The notes below the pieces were generated by a model. That model saw nothing but the letters and a program-made list of their open reading frames with translations. It was not told the origin of the DNA and made no database searches. This document shows, in pieces, positions 14,401 to 29,400 of a stretch of 64,000 bases of DNA (the first letter of the stretch is position 1; each line of letters starts with the position of its first letter). The position numbers and the translations under genes are program-made. Source of the stretch: Pecten maximus (lineage: Eukaryota); the NCBI RefSeq assembly GCF_902652985.1, contig NC_047033.1, forward strand, positions 32,240,001-32,304,000, in the 5' to 3' direction.

Positions 14401-17400
14401 ATCGGCTAAAACCAATCATAATGTTTTCAATCGAAATAGATGTTTAGAATGACGTGTTAACTCACTTTAACATAATGCACATTTCTTAGCCGAGATACAA
14501 TTATAAATTTAGAGGACACTTGTCTGTAGGAATGGAATCAATTCAATGGTCGTGTTTTCTGTTTCCTCTTCCCTGTAATTATCGTTGAAGTGATGTGTTA
14601 TGAGTATAGTAATCAGATTAAACGATGTCGTCGACAGGACAAACAACACCTCGAGTTCCATCAACGGAAGCAACAAAAACAACGGAAACCACAACAAGAT
14701 CCTCACTGCCTGACAATTCATCGAGTAGTGCAGACGTAGGTACGTGTACTTGTTAGTAACTGCAGTCAGGGGAATAACTTTACCAATGGTAAGCGCCTTT
14801 GTTCTACCTACTCGTTCCATTCATCACTGTTTCCCTAAAAAAATCCAAGTAAACTTTATGCGCAAATTAATCAAACACATATTGTTTCCGCAATGTTGCT
14901 ATTGGCTTTGATTTTTTTTTAAATATTATATCATTGTATGTATCCAACGAAATGATGAAAAATAAAATACTGGGTATTTATCACGATAATCACCTGTAAA
15001 TTTCCAAAAAAAAAAACAAAAAAAACGCATAGACATAATTATTTATTGACTATGGAAAAAAAAGTATACCATTTCTTTACTTTTCAAATCTTGAAATCGA
15101 ATTTAATAAATGCATTTCATCAATACGTGAAAACAAATCCATTTGAATATATATTGTATGCACGTAGAAACGTTGAAAAAATATAATTTAGTGGCATTTT
15201 CAGTATTGGAGGCATAGGTGCTATATTGACTGCAATGTCTATCTGGCCTTCATTTTAGAAATTTGTTATTTGAAGCAATTACCTTTTCTCTGATTTCTAT
15301 TGTCATAAGATGGTTACCGTCCAATGTCGAACACGTACTTGTTTTATTTTTATAACTGGCAGTGTCTTGTTTTACAGATTCATCACTGGCAGACATTGCC
15401 TTCCTTTTCCATGCATCGAATAAACTGTCAAAGAAAGTGTTTAAGAAAGGATATATAAAGTTCTTGCTTAGAATGATTAAAAAGTGTAAGCTGGACAAGG
15501 GTAACGTGAAAACAGCTCTCGCCACGTACGGAAATAAAGGACAGCTTCTGTTTAATCTCAACACCTTTTCCCAGAAGAAACCTGCCATGAAGTTCATACG
15601 AAAACTTCCAAAGAATCTTCGTTTTAAAAAGGCAGATTTAGCAAGCGGCTTGCGTCTTGTCAGAGAACAGGTATTTGTGGATCCATTTGATAGACCAAGA
15701 GCCCCAAACTATCTGGTTGTAGTGACAGACAGTCCATCTGATGACGGCATCGATGAGGTTCTTGTAGAAACAGAACTACTTAAGGATCAGGGTGTGTACG
15801 TTTATATGTTATCAATAGGAGACATTGGGGAAGAAATGATAATTGTACCCAGTGAACCTGCTGCAGAAAACTCTAAACAACTATCAGCTTATACGGATCT
15901 GGCAAACTTCAAGAAATCAGGAAAATCAATCATGAATAAGATACCAGCACGTGAGTACTGACTTTATCACCACATTTGCCACTTAATAATGTCAATTTCC
16001 AGAAATAATTAAATTGTTCTACTGTACTGATTCATTATTGATATGGATTGATTAGAATACACAAATCGCACTCGAATGAATAGTTTACTAACATAATTCG
16101 CTCTGAATGGTTACGAAGAAATTCAATTTGATTATATGCAGTTGACTTTTTTTTTCCACAACAGCGACATTTTCAGACACATAACAGCGATCTACAGTAT
16201 TACCCACGTGATAATGTTAATATAGAGATTACCCAACGAGTGTTTGTTGTTTATGGACTTTATTTCATCCGAGTAAGTTGTTTTTTAATGCCAGAAAAGA
16301 CACGAGCTTTAGCGAGTGTCTTTTGTAACTTTTAAAAAATAAATTACGAGTGTGAAATAAATTCCATATCCAACAATCAGGAGTCGTGTGACCTGTTAAT
16401 ACCACAATAATATCGGCTTGAATCAAAGGGAAACGTGACCAAGTCTTATTTTGCGTATGCAATATGGTGCACCGGTGACGGCCGGGACCCGGTGATGTGA
16501 CGTCATTCGATTATTGATGGCGTCAATAACAATTGCAGCTCGGATCAAAGTTCGAATTCTTGACCAATCAGAAGACCGGAAGGATATCTTCCACTAGTTG
16601 AATATAACACATATATATATTCAACAAACGGCACATCTATACAATTAACTGAGAGTGGAATAACACAGCGTATTGTGGTAGAAACGTTCATATTTCATCT
16701 TATACCATTACCATGGAATTATACAGCGGCTATCATGTTATGATTATGGTTAAATGACATATGGAATGTATGCACTGGAATGTTTTAAGACTCCTAGACA
16801 GTAATTGAATCGACAGCTGTTTGTCTAAACAATAATCTTATGAACATTGAAAAGTTTAATTGAGTACACTTCACACCTCAATGTTAAAATGCAGGCTTTG
16901 CTACTAAAGTCTATTTAAATTCTTACTTACGCGAAAAATGTTTCAAACATTTCAATACAAATGAAATATTGTTGAATTAATCTTTTTGTAATATCAATTG
17001 TATTATGTATTCATTAAACAGATGCAAACGCAAATTTCTTGGACATAACCCCAAGCAAGAAATCGCCTAATAAAACTCCCGCGTAATTAACCACGTTTAC
17101 AGTAGTTACCTTGTAATCTATATATCACCGGATGTAAATCAAGACATGGTGGGAATACGTCTCTTAAAATGCTCTGTTTCCTTTTCAGTTAAACTTCAGA
17201 AAAAGAAAAAAGGAGGAAAGAAAAAGAAGACTACAACAATACCAACAAGTACAAGCACTACCCTGACATCAACACTTCAGTCAACAAGTATGACGCCAGC
17301 AGATATAACTACCATATTTACTGTGCCATTAGACAAAACATCAACGGACATAATGACAACTACTGAATCAATTCTGACGGCAACTAATCTAAACCGTACG

Positions 17401-20400
17401 ACGGAAAGTTTCATGGTGACGTCGCCTTCAGCTTTAGACACAACTGAAGCGCTGATATCGACAACTAGAGAAGATGATACCACAGAAGGTGAAAGGGTGA
17501 CGTCACCATCGCATTCAGTCACAACTAAATCACTGACGTCGACAGATGGAGAACATACGTCAACGACAATCAAAATGACGTCACCATCTGATGATGTAAT
17601 AACGACCGATGCAACACTTTTAATAACCGAACCAAAGCAATCTACAGAAAGGGCCATAGTAACGTCAACACCGGATTCCGACACAGTAGAAACAACAATG
17701 TCAGCACCTACGACAGCAAAATCTACGGAAGTATCTATGACGACTTCATCAGAGGAGTCTGACATGTCAACAACACAGCTTTCAACAAAGTTAACTTATA
17801 CACAAAGTACACAAACAACACTACGAACAACACCGGTTACAGTAGTAACATCCAAGGCCCCATTAGTCTCGACTAGGTTTAGTTCGGCATCTTTACCTGA
17901 GCGTGTTACATCATCTAGCGACATAGCTCCCGTCAAAACATTAGGTACGACAACGTCACGATCTGAGACTTGGACCACTAGGGGTTACTTCACTACGACG
18001 AAAGCTCCAAAATCCACGATAGGACGTGAGGGGGACACTATCAACGGAATGAATACAACAAATGGACAAACAAGAGCGATAACGGAGTCTACAACATTAG
18101 GGGATCAACACATAGTGTCGACAGAGAGACGGATGTCAACATCAGATTCATATGTTATGCCGACAGTTGAAATTATAACCGATGAATCAACAGATACGGA
18201 AGTGGAATCGTCCATTACAACCTCTCCAACACGATACACGGAAATCATGACACCTGTGGTAAACAAAGTGTCAACAGAAGCTGTCGGTATGTCGTGTCTC
18301 TTTGAATGAGGAATGGATGCATGATCCCGAAATATAGACAAACCAATATTTACTATAGGAAGAGTACCATCCCTGGTATGAACATTGACGATTCTCTAGT
18401 CAAACTGAAATTGCAATGTTAGACTTTTCTGTTAGATAATTTATTTGCTCTTAAAGGAAGTGTGAAAGTATATATCTTATATAGAACGAACGCTTGGTAT
18501 GAACAATTCATATAATCATCCAGCATTCTATGCAATGAACACATTCTAGCTTCGTTTCTATTTCAATCATAAACCAACTTAGCCCTCCATGCAATGAAAC
18601 CAATATAGCTTCATCTCCATTTCTATCATAAAAAGTGACTACGAAATCATGTTTAGCATGTAGCATAATGACAATCTTGAGGATTCCTTATTTCATAGTA
18701 ATTTTGAATTATCACCAACAAGGAAAGTTTACCGATATGCTAAGCGTTTTTTCGTAGTCCGTTGCTATGGTGTGTGTATACAAATTGCATTATCGAAACC
18801 CGCTTGAATGACATACGTTAGATATATTTCAGAAATCAAAGAACTTTTTATTTATCATTTAAACCTGCATACTTCACAGCATATATGAAATACGATATAG
18901 TGATGTTAAAATATGCATAATGATGTTAATTTTGATGATGACTTAATTACAGATTTTATTTATTTAGATGACTTTATTTACAGTTTACAATTGTATATTG
19001 GCATTTCTAGGGATTTTGTATTTTTATTGATAAAAATGGCACGTGAGTACAATATTTTGTGATACTGTTTTTTGTTAATTCATGTTTTCATGTTTTATAG
19101 TGCCTAAGTGCACTCATTGATATTTGTTTTCATCTGTTTACTCATTATCAGTATACGTCATTTTCAAATACTATACGTTTCTTCAATGTGTTGGTTTTAT
19201 TCGTATATTTGTCACTTCCTGTTACATGTATGTTGCTTGCAAATGTGACAAATGTTGCTCCTGACTGTGTCTTGCAAATTTTAAAACCTTCGTTAATGCA
19301 CCACGTCTGTCCTTTTGTCTGCATGTCATTTTCTTTTCAAAGCTGTGTTCAATATACGTGAAATATGAGCTCCGTTGTAGGTACCGAGTAATCATATTAC
19401 TCTGTTCTAAATGCTACAATCACAACACAATTGCAAAATTGGTATGAACTGTAGGATGATAAATTATTATATATTTTTGTTTCATTAATTAAATATGTTA
19501 TAAAGATCGATTTTGATATAGTATTAGAGTTACTTAAAAGATACGATTTTGTGAATAGTATTTTGATCTTCATAACCTATACTACTCACCTTGAGATTTA
19601 TCAATGAGTATTATGTGAGATTTATCAATGAGTATTATGTGTATATTTAATTTCTGAAATTAACGGCAGGTAAGAATACGTAAATTTCAAATAAGTTTAC
19701 TTCTTGGGATTCTATATCGATGGGTTAATTGTTAAACTATATCTTCATGAATCAGTAATTTACAATGATGTTGAAAACATATTAATTCCACTGAATTTAA
19801 ACATAGATAATGCATTCAGAAACAACATAAGATGAAATACATAAACATATTATGTTTATGACTAATATTCTGTTCTTCTGTTATATTTTAGCTACTGTAG
19901 CACCGATGTCCTTATCAGGTAAGCGTCTGCCAAAATAATATATTTCCAAATAATTCCAAAATCTATCCTCAAACGGTGAATCAATCCTATTACAATAGCG
20001 AGTGCTGATATCTAAGCTAAATACTTACATGTATAACTAGCCTGATACTGAAATATGTTCTCTGTCCATTTACTTTGCAACGAGTTATCCCCCTTTGTAA
20101 GTATTTACCTGGTTACAGTGAGCGAGGAGGCTGACATAGTCATCGCTGTACACTCGTCCATCACCGCCACCCCGAGTCATTTCAACATTTTGCTGGAGTT
20201 CCTAGCTGAGTTGTACGAACAAGCTGATATAGACGGTGGCCGTGTCAAAGCCGGTGTCTTGTTTTACGGTTCTGCAGCCACGCCTATATTCTACCTTGAT
20301 CAGTAAGTCTACTGTGTTCTAAAATATCAGAAATGTTAAAAACATTTTGTTAATTCTCAACAAACCTTGATTCCAGTATAAGGAAATCATGTCTGGGGCT

Positions 20401-23400
20401 TTGCAAATCAATGAACACATGATTTAAGAGGCAATTTTAAAAATAGCTATTCGGTCCGAACGAGATACTTTATGTCACATTCAATTGGTAACACAAAATC
20501 TTACACTCGGATGAGTTATTGAGTTATTAATATAAATAAGAATTTTACCTTTCAGATATCTAATACAGACAGAAAAGTAATCTACTGGCCGTGATATGAG
20601 ATGAAACCGTATTCTATAATTGATTGCATACTAGATTGTTAATATAAATAAGTTTTTCATCATGTTCAGATTCAACAGTTGGGATGATGTCTTTGTAACA
20701 ATTTCACGGACAAGCAATGCTCTGCGAAGTAATGTAGTGGACGCCTCACGAGCCATGAAAAGGGCCTCTGACATGTTTGCTGCTGCAAGAGGAGGATCAA
20801 TCCCAAAGGCGCTTATTATGGTCACAGATGCGGCATCCAATGAAAACATTCTTATGATTCCCGCACGGAAAGAAGCATTGATAAATAATGGTGTCTCCAT
20901 CTACAGTGTGGGAATAGGGTTACCAGAGAAGGAGGAGCTGGAATCTCTAGCTAGTGCCAGCGAGAATGTTTTTAGTGTCATTGGTTATGACCAACTCCCT
21001 AGAGCTGCCCAAGACATCAAGCGAGAGATACGTTCATGTGAGTAATAGCATCGCCTCAACATAATTGATATGGACTGGGGGATAAGTGATGATAGTATTG
21101 TCATTTAAAAGAGTAATGTCAGGTTAAATTTGATGCCTATGCATAATTAACAATTAGCAAGCGGCTAACATAAGCAAATTATGCAAAGTTATAGATAAAT
21201 GAATACACTAAAAATCTGATAATCTGGAAAACACAAGCTTGGCAGACTTTGATGACTGTTCCTTTTCTGATAACGATCGATTGCCTCTCAAGGATTATGT
21301 TTAATTCGAAGTCGTAGTAGATTGTCTTTATTGTCCATTTTTCTATTTTAGTACAAACAATGCCGGAGCGTGTGACAGTTCCTCCAGTAACATCCACACC
21401 CAATCGTAAGTATATGGTACAGAATATCATACACAACACATCGAGATACAGTACTTATTAATAGTATAACAATACTAATACCTATATACAGAAATTATCA
21501 AGGGAGTTTACAGTTTGTCTGTACCCATTATAATGATGCAATTAGGATTCGACTAATTACGTGTTCAAGTAAGGTTGCTTTATTTATCTATACGTTCCTG
21601 ATAGAAACTCCTCGTGATTTTTCGAACAACGTAAAAGTTAGCTATCCCTGTTTGTTAAACAGTGTATTAGTGAGCAGTCACTGCTAAACATTATATCGTT
21701 GAGTTCTCCATGTTTGCTAGGGTTTGTATGGGTAAGCTGTCCCTGTTGGTTGGTAGGGGTAGTGAGATGTCCCTATTTGTGTTAGAAATATTGTGATGTC
21801 CCTGTTTGTGTTAGAGATAGAGTGATGTCCCTGTTTGAAACATTTTGAAGTGAGTATTGAGGTATGTTACAGCCATCAAAGAAATATCATTGGCTTCAGT
21901 GATTGTTCTTTAAGTATATATGATACACATATTGTAAAATTGTCAATTTTACGTGATCACAGTAGATAAGTTAGATGTATTTGAAGGACTTCGCAAGGTC
22001 TCCATACAATGCTACATGTGGTGTATCTTCGATTAATTCCGTCCTCTTTAAAATCTGAATGCAGTCTGCGTAGAGGCGGTTTGGTGTTTTGAAGATCTTG
22101 TCATTCAAACAAACAACGGTATTGCCAGAAATTCAATTAAAGCGGGATTAAATCATCTCAGGGATATAACTACTGGATTCATATCTTGATGGTCTTTATA
22201 TTGTATTGCTACTATTATATAAATATGTATGTAAAAAGCGGTTTTAACAAGGAGTGATCTCTCTTTAGCTGCTGAACCGGTGGAGAAGACCACGTCGCCA
22301 ACCAGTTCGTCAGGTAAGCGTTTTACTCACACCGTCTGTTGTTTCATTATTAGGTCAATACAAGACCACGTGTTCCCGTCATGCACCTTAGTGCTTCCGC
22401 TTTATTAGACCTTTTATACTACCGAGTAGTTAACAATAAGTTACATATATCAACTAGCGGTTTTGGGAATAAGTAGATGCATCATATATATCACCATTTT
22501 AGATAGCGTACGAGGCAAGGTGTTCATAACCAAAATATCAAGTCTCAAAATGTACTGTAATATAACTGTTCACAACTATATAACCAAATAATCAATCCTT
22601 AAGGGCATTCATTCGAGATAATGGTTTGCGTGAATGAATAAGATGTCTCATTGTTAGAATTAAGGTGTCACAGTTTAAGATATTGATCAATATTCATACG
22701 GATATTGTAAGCGAAAGGTCGATTTAATTTGTATCCATCCGATATAAACTATAGCTGGTTAGAGGTTTTAAATCTAGAAAGAATAATGATCACATTCCGT
22801 GACTTTGCTTGTTCATCCAATTTGTCCATCCGCTACATAACTGCATATTAACGTTTTGATATTCCATCGATCGCTATGTTCGTTTTCACATTTTTACATA
22901 CTTTTTCGAATTGGGTGACTCTTGAATTCTTTTATTTTATTTAAATTATTAGTAATCTTAATAAGAAATTGATCATTTGAATTCAAATTCATTTCTAGAT
23001 GAAATATAACGATTTTGAAAATAATGATGGCCATTTTAGTAATATTGGGGCCACGAAATGGAACTGATACATATTTTCGATATTATCCTGTAGTTTGTAT
23101 ATACAATTTCATTATAGAAATCAAGATGTTACCTGCGTTTTAGTATATTGTAGAAAGTTAAACGTTACAATAAACACGCTGGCTGCCTTTATCTATATAA
23201 TAATAAACCCATGTCTTTCGTCCGTGCTTCCGGCAATTCCTTTGTATTACAGAGCCAATACGTATTACGTTTCCACCTGCGGGCGGAGGTAAGTAACTGT
23301 TTTGTATATCTTAATTAGCCTCTTGATCAATTAGACGTAAATGAGTTTGTATCACTGAGAGGAGTGTTTTCCCTTTAAAAAGGTAAGTGGTTTATGCCTC

Positions 23401-26400
23401 AGAAGGCGGATGTCCTAACCTCAGAGGGTGGAAAAGGACAAAATTTCTTTTGAGATATTATTATGTTGAGTGAATCAATGCTTCTACTACCAGACCTCTG
23501 AAATCTATATCACGTTGAATCATAAATACGTAGGTACGTTTAAAGACGCCCTGGTTATGTATCTATGTATCGTGTTGAGTGATTGAGAGTATGGAAGTGA
23601 CTGGCATATTAATGTTATAATTATAAGATATACACACATATTAGCATTGCGTTTGTTACACATCATTTATGTTATATTGTTTTAGTCATCAACTATGTTG
23701 ACATATTTGAGTTACTTTTCAGAACTTTTCGGCGATGAAGGTAATAAAGACACGCACGCCCAATTGGCGCATATTTATATAAACAAGCTATATCGCGTGT
23801 ATAATCCGGAGGTACATCTGTATCTATGGCGACGCCATATGACGCCGTATAGTAGATACACCGTACCTGTTTTATCTTTGCGCATTCGCTTCTCATAACT
23901 TTGTGTACCTGTAAAATGTATCAGATCATCCATCTGCTTTACGTGTATAAAATGTCATTGGTTTATACAATCGTTTATGTGTCAATAATGTGTGTATCAA
24001 AACCTTGTTTTTACACTTTTCGTGTCCAAAAAATAAGTACCATGTTTTGTGTTTGTATTAAAGATTTCCGGATAACACTTCGGATCATGATGTAGTTTGG
24101 TACCGATATATTTGCAAATGTTGTAAAAACTCCCACTATTTTCAAACGTGAAGCCTGCCATATAAAATGTATCCCTCGAGGTGCCCCCCTACATATACCA
24201 CACTAATCAGACATTGATATTTTATCAGATGCTTTTGTGAGAAGGTTTCGATCTTGTCTCTGGATTCCAGGGGCTTGGTGTGGTATACTGTGCAACTGCT
24301 GGGTAGAGGGCGCGCGGATTAACTTCTATATTATGTGACGTATTAAGGTGAAGGAGGTAGAGGGCGCGCGGAGCTGTATAGTAAGGTGTTGGTAGACAAA
24401 TACGCTTGTTAAAGTGTGTGGTATTTGGGTACTGATATTTATTTGATGGTACTCATGAATTATTTTAATTCCACATATTTGTATATTTAAAATCATACCG
24501 AAATATATTATGTGATATCATAATTCCACAGATCTAATTGTCATGCCTTATATGGTAGAAGGAAAATCATTATAATTTTTAAAAAATGTGTTTTATATAA
24601 TGACAATAACATATAATTGTACAAGGTTTCACCACAGTTACGTCCTATGCTATACAATATGAATTGTGTCATTCGTAACATCTCAAATTACTAATGGTGG
24701 TGATAATTTGTATCGTAAACCTATTTCCCTTTTAAAATTGTCAATTAACTGACCATAGTAACCGTTCTACATATATTGATTGATACACATGTCGGTAATA
24801 ACCATTAGTTCCTGGTCATCCCATTACAGCGTTCTACGACTGCTCCTCAGGTAGCGCCGACATTGTCTTCATAATAGATTCCTCCACCAGTGTCGGTGGA
24901 CGGAGCTTTAAGAAAATGCTTGATTTCATGACCGACTTTGTCAACACCGTGGACATTGACTCCGGAAACCATAGAGTGGGCGTGGTTGTCTACAACACTG
25001 GGATCAGTACCAAGATATTCCTAGACGATCATACTGATAAAGACAGTCTACTGCAGGCGATCACTGGTATCCGGTACACGTACGGCAACACCAACACTGC
25101 CGATGGATTACGTGTAGCTAGAGAAGATATATTGGGGGCGAAAGGAGACCGCAGAACGGTTCCAAATGTGGTAATACTGATAACAGATGGTATTCCGAAT
25201 ATGAATGTCCGAAGAACCATACCAGAGGCGACACTAATAAAGGAAGGGGGAGCTCGAATGTACCTTATAGGTGTGGGATTAAGTCCTGGTATAGCTTTGG
25301 ATGACATACCTTCTGAACCCTTCTCCGAAAACGGTTTCTACATCAACGACTTTGATGATTTACCATCAATAGAAAACAGCATTTTCTCTGGGATCTGTAA
25401 AGGTACATTATGGAGTATCAGCTTTGGAAACTTGCTTCAGCATTTTATTCTTTTTCACGTCACTGTATGACACATAGCTGTGGAGATTGGCTTTATTTTC
25501 TTTTTAATCATCTCTCTTATCATTTCATCTGCCAGTGTGACCATTTTACTTTCTGTTTGTTTTCATATTAAAAACTCGACTTGGTGATGGATTTACTAAG
25601 AGAATAGGACACATCTTACATATGTATATTTGGAATGTTGAAAGCAAAAATAGCAAAACGCTGTGGTGATGGTACCAATACAACAACACTGATTTTTCTA
25701 CATTTGTAATACAGGTGTATGGGGAATGGTATCGCTAGGTTAATATTAATGGTGCAGGTATTATTGATTGAAAATAGAGAGGACCTAGCTAATGTACTTC
25801 CTGTCTGGTTTGCATGGATGTGGTTGAGCTATATTAGACTGGTGACCAGATTCACTTCGTGGAACAGGTAGTAGGTTTCGAGCAATCTGGTGGAGGTCGA
25901 AAATGATACCATGGCAGCGGTGATAATGCTGATTAATATTGAAATAAGATTTTATGTAAAGCCTGATGATTGCTTCTTAGATCAGACATTATAATGTTGA
26001 TTTGGTTGAGGGAAATGTTGCAAACACTATTATTGATTGCAGAAAATAACCTTTTCTTGGTGATTGGCTGACAGATATAATAAGGCCACGGTGATTGGTT
26101 GCAGACAACTACATTCACGGTAATTTGCTAACGGATATGATATATACACGCTGATTGGTTAAACAATAGCATGATATATGCAAGGTGATTGGTCGACGAT
26201 ACTTTAAACGGTGATTGGACCCTACATATTTACTCGTTTTTCTTTTGGTGAATGGTATTTGTATCAAAATATGTAATAAATTTGTTGATCATTATTTAAA
26301 AACTAAACAGATCATTTACTATAAGGTCATACTCGTACATCAAACGTCATCTTGAAGTCACCATTTGTCATTTAACGTTTACTTCTGTTCATCAACTCGT

Positions 26401-29400
26401 CGGTTTATTCTAGAATGTCATCTACGTCTTTTCAGAAAAGAAAAAAACATACGTGCAATCTTTGTTGAATATGTGTGATGTTCACAACTTCATTCGTTTT
26501 CAGAAACCATTAAATGTGTGTCCGGGCAGGCAGATATTGTCATACTCTTAGATTCATCAACAAGTGTTGGCAAAGAAAACTTCAACAGCATGCTGGATTT
26601 CACTAAGAACATTGTCAAGTCACTAGATATCGACTCCGGTCGGTTCCAAGTTGGTATTGCGACCTATAATACATATATAGTTCACAAGACAATGCTGAAT
26701 GCATTTCAAAGCTCGGGTGATCTCCTGAGGTTGATAGACAATATTCCATATACTTACGGTAATACAAATCCGTCAGATGCATTGAAGTTTGCCAGGTCGA
26801 ATATTTTCTCCCCAGAAGGCGGGGACAGACCAGACGCTTCTAACATCATTATACTGATCACTGATGGACTTGCTAACATGAATCCGAGGCGGTCAATTCC
26901 GGAGGCAAATCTGGCTCGAGATGAGGGCATACGAGTATTTGTGATGGACATAGGTGTAGGGAGGGCCGCGGAATTAGCTGGAATGGCTAATCAGCCACTT
27001 GAACACAACCGATTTAGCGTCGATACATTTGATGATATGGATAAGGTCAAGAATGCATTAATGACCGAGATATGCGAAGGTATATATATTATTTTGTACG
27101 ACATGCTATATGTATCTATGCTCTCTCCGTTGTATTCTGGTTCGGTCATTACTAAAAATAAGATCTGAACAAACTCATCATAAAATCAATTTTGTAAAAT
27201 ATTACAATTTTTTACCCATTTACCCTATTTGACCCATTGGTGCATGGTCATTTGATACAATGTCATACAACCAACATGGCATGTTTTACTACATGAACAA
27301 AGAAACCCCACACTAATACCTGAATATTTTCTCACAAACTGCAGGGATAAATTCTGGTAACACAAATAAAAAATCTAAATTTTCAGAGAGTCGCACATGT
27401 ATAGCTGTACAGCGAGACATCGTGTTTGTCATTGACTCTTCCTCGAGTGTGGGGACAAGGGGTTTCCGCAAGGTTCTCTCCTGGATAGCAGAGCTCGGAC
27501 ACACTATCGATTTAGACGGCGGTTCATATCGGATAGGAATTATTGTCTATAATACACAGGTCACTAAGAAAATTTACCTCAACCAAGCCACTACCAGGGC
27601 AGACCTAGATAGTGTACTAAAGAATATACCATACACGTACGGTAATACTAACACAGCAGGTGGTATCAGGGCCGCTCGGGAAGATCTGTTAGCCCGGGGC
27701 CAGGGGAGAAGAGCGGGGGTACAGGGAATGATCGTTCTTATCACCGACGGAGTATCAAATATGAATACGCAGCAGAGTATACCGGAAGCTAACAGTGCAA
27801 GGGCTGCTGGGATACAGGTGTACGTTATTGGTGTAGGTTTGACCGACCGACAGGAGATCGATGGGATAGCTAACAAACCTCTCTCCGTTCATCGTATACT
27901 TGTTGGCAGCTATGACGCAATGCCAGCGATTTCGAATGATTTATTTGATGGCGTTTGCTCAGGAGGTATTGTGTCACTTACTTACTTGTTTTCTTATGCA
28001 ATATTCGATAACAAGCTGAAAATATTGTTGTGATAATATATTAACGTTAAAAGAATATCGTTACCCCCAGTATTTCAAAGTTATAGGAACTGTTTTATTG
28101 TCTTGTCTTTTATTTATTATTTTAACGTTATCGTTACTGTGATGTCATCATTTGTAATTGTCGCTATCTATTTAAGCCGCTGCTCTCTTAGATATATTTC
28201 ACGTTTGTTTTCGTGTGCGTATGTCTTGTTTCAAAATTGTTGCCTGTCATTTTTTTTTTTGAATTTCATTTCAGTTTATTTTTGAGTTTTGGTTTTCTAG
28301 CAGAACATGTCTTTATCACACTATCATTAATATATTATTTAATATAAAAGTGTGCGTACCGATGTTTTATTATGAAGCCTGGAATAAATATATAACTTTT
28401 TGCTCTCTCGTTCACCACATCGACATTTGAATCATTTAAAGTTAATCTACCTATGAAACAAGATAAATTGACATTATTCGAGTAGCTAGCCGTAGCCCTA
28501 TCCGAATCCTAAATAATTGGCTATAAGTTATGTAATATCACTGTCATTTCCAAACCTTCCAACATTGGCCCACGGAGAGAATAGTTGGGACCACGCGAAG
28601 TATAGCGTCATATAGTGTTACTGGTCAGGGATCAGCGTAAGAGTTCTCACATATAGTGTTACTGGTTAGGAATCAGCGTAAGAGCTCTCACATATAGTGT
28701 TACTGGTTAGGAATCAGCGTAAGAGTTCTAACATATAATGTTACTGGTCAGGGATCAGCGTAAGAGTTCTAACATATAATGTTACTGGTTAGGAATCAGC
28801 GTAAGAGTTTTAACATATGTTACTGGTAAGGAATCAGCGTAAGAGTTCTAACATATAATGTTACTGGTAAGAGATCAGCATCAGAGTTCTAACATATAAT
28901 GTTACTGGTTAGGAATCAGCGTAAGAGTTCTAACATATAGTGTTACTGGTAAGGAATCAGCGTAAGAGTTCTAACATATAATGTTACTGGTAAGAGATCA
29001 GCGTAAGAGTTCTCACATATAATGTTACTGGTCAGGGATCAGCGTAAGAGTTCTAACATATAATGTTACTGGTCAGGGATCAGCGTAAGAGTTCTCACAT
29101 ATAATGTTACTGGTCAGGGATCAGCGTTAGAATTATAACATGTAATGATGTATCAACAGGGGTGGTAAATCCGTTGATACCGTCGCTACCACAACCACAG
29201 CCGGGAGCCTCAGGTAAGTTAATTTTTATATACTCTACTTGTTAATGGATATTTTTCATTTATTTATGTATACAAATATTGATTGTAACATACGGAAGTC
29301 CATTCACGATTATATTAACGGACATGAAGACCATATTTAATGATATATGTGACTATATATTGATCATTAATACCATAACATTAATCTACAGAAGCTTTCG

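Noticed and set aside
16200-16620. Possible dispersed-repeat fragment in the intron before the mucin exon
   Set aside because: No terminal repeats or target duplication that I could verify; needs a repeat-library search
25715-25738. Possible 24-nt micro-exon between VWA8 and VWA9 (GVWGMVSL)
   Set aside because: Weak donor and composition unlike the other linkers; cannot be supported without RNA data
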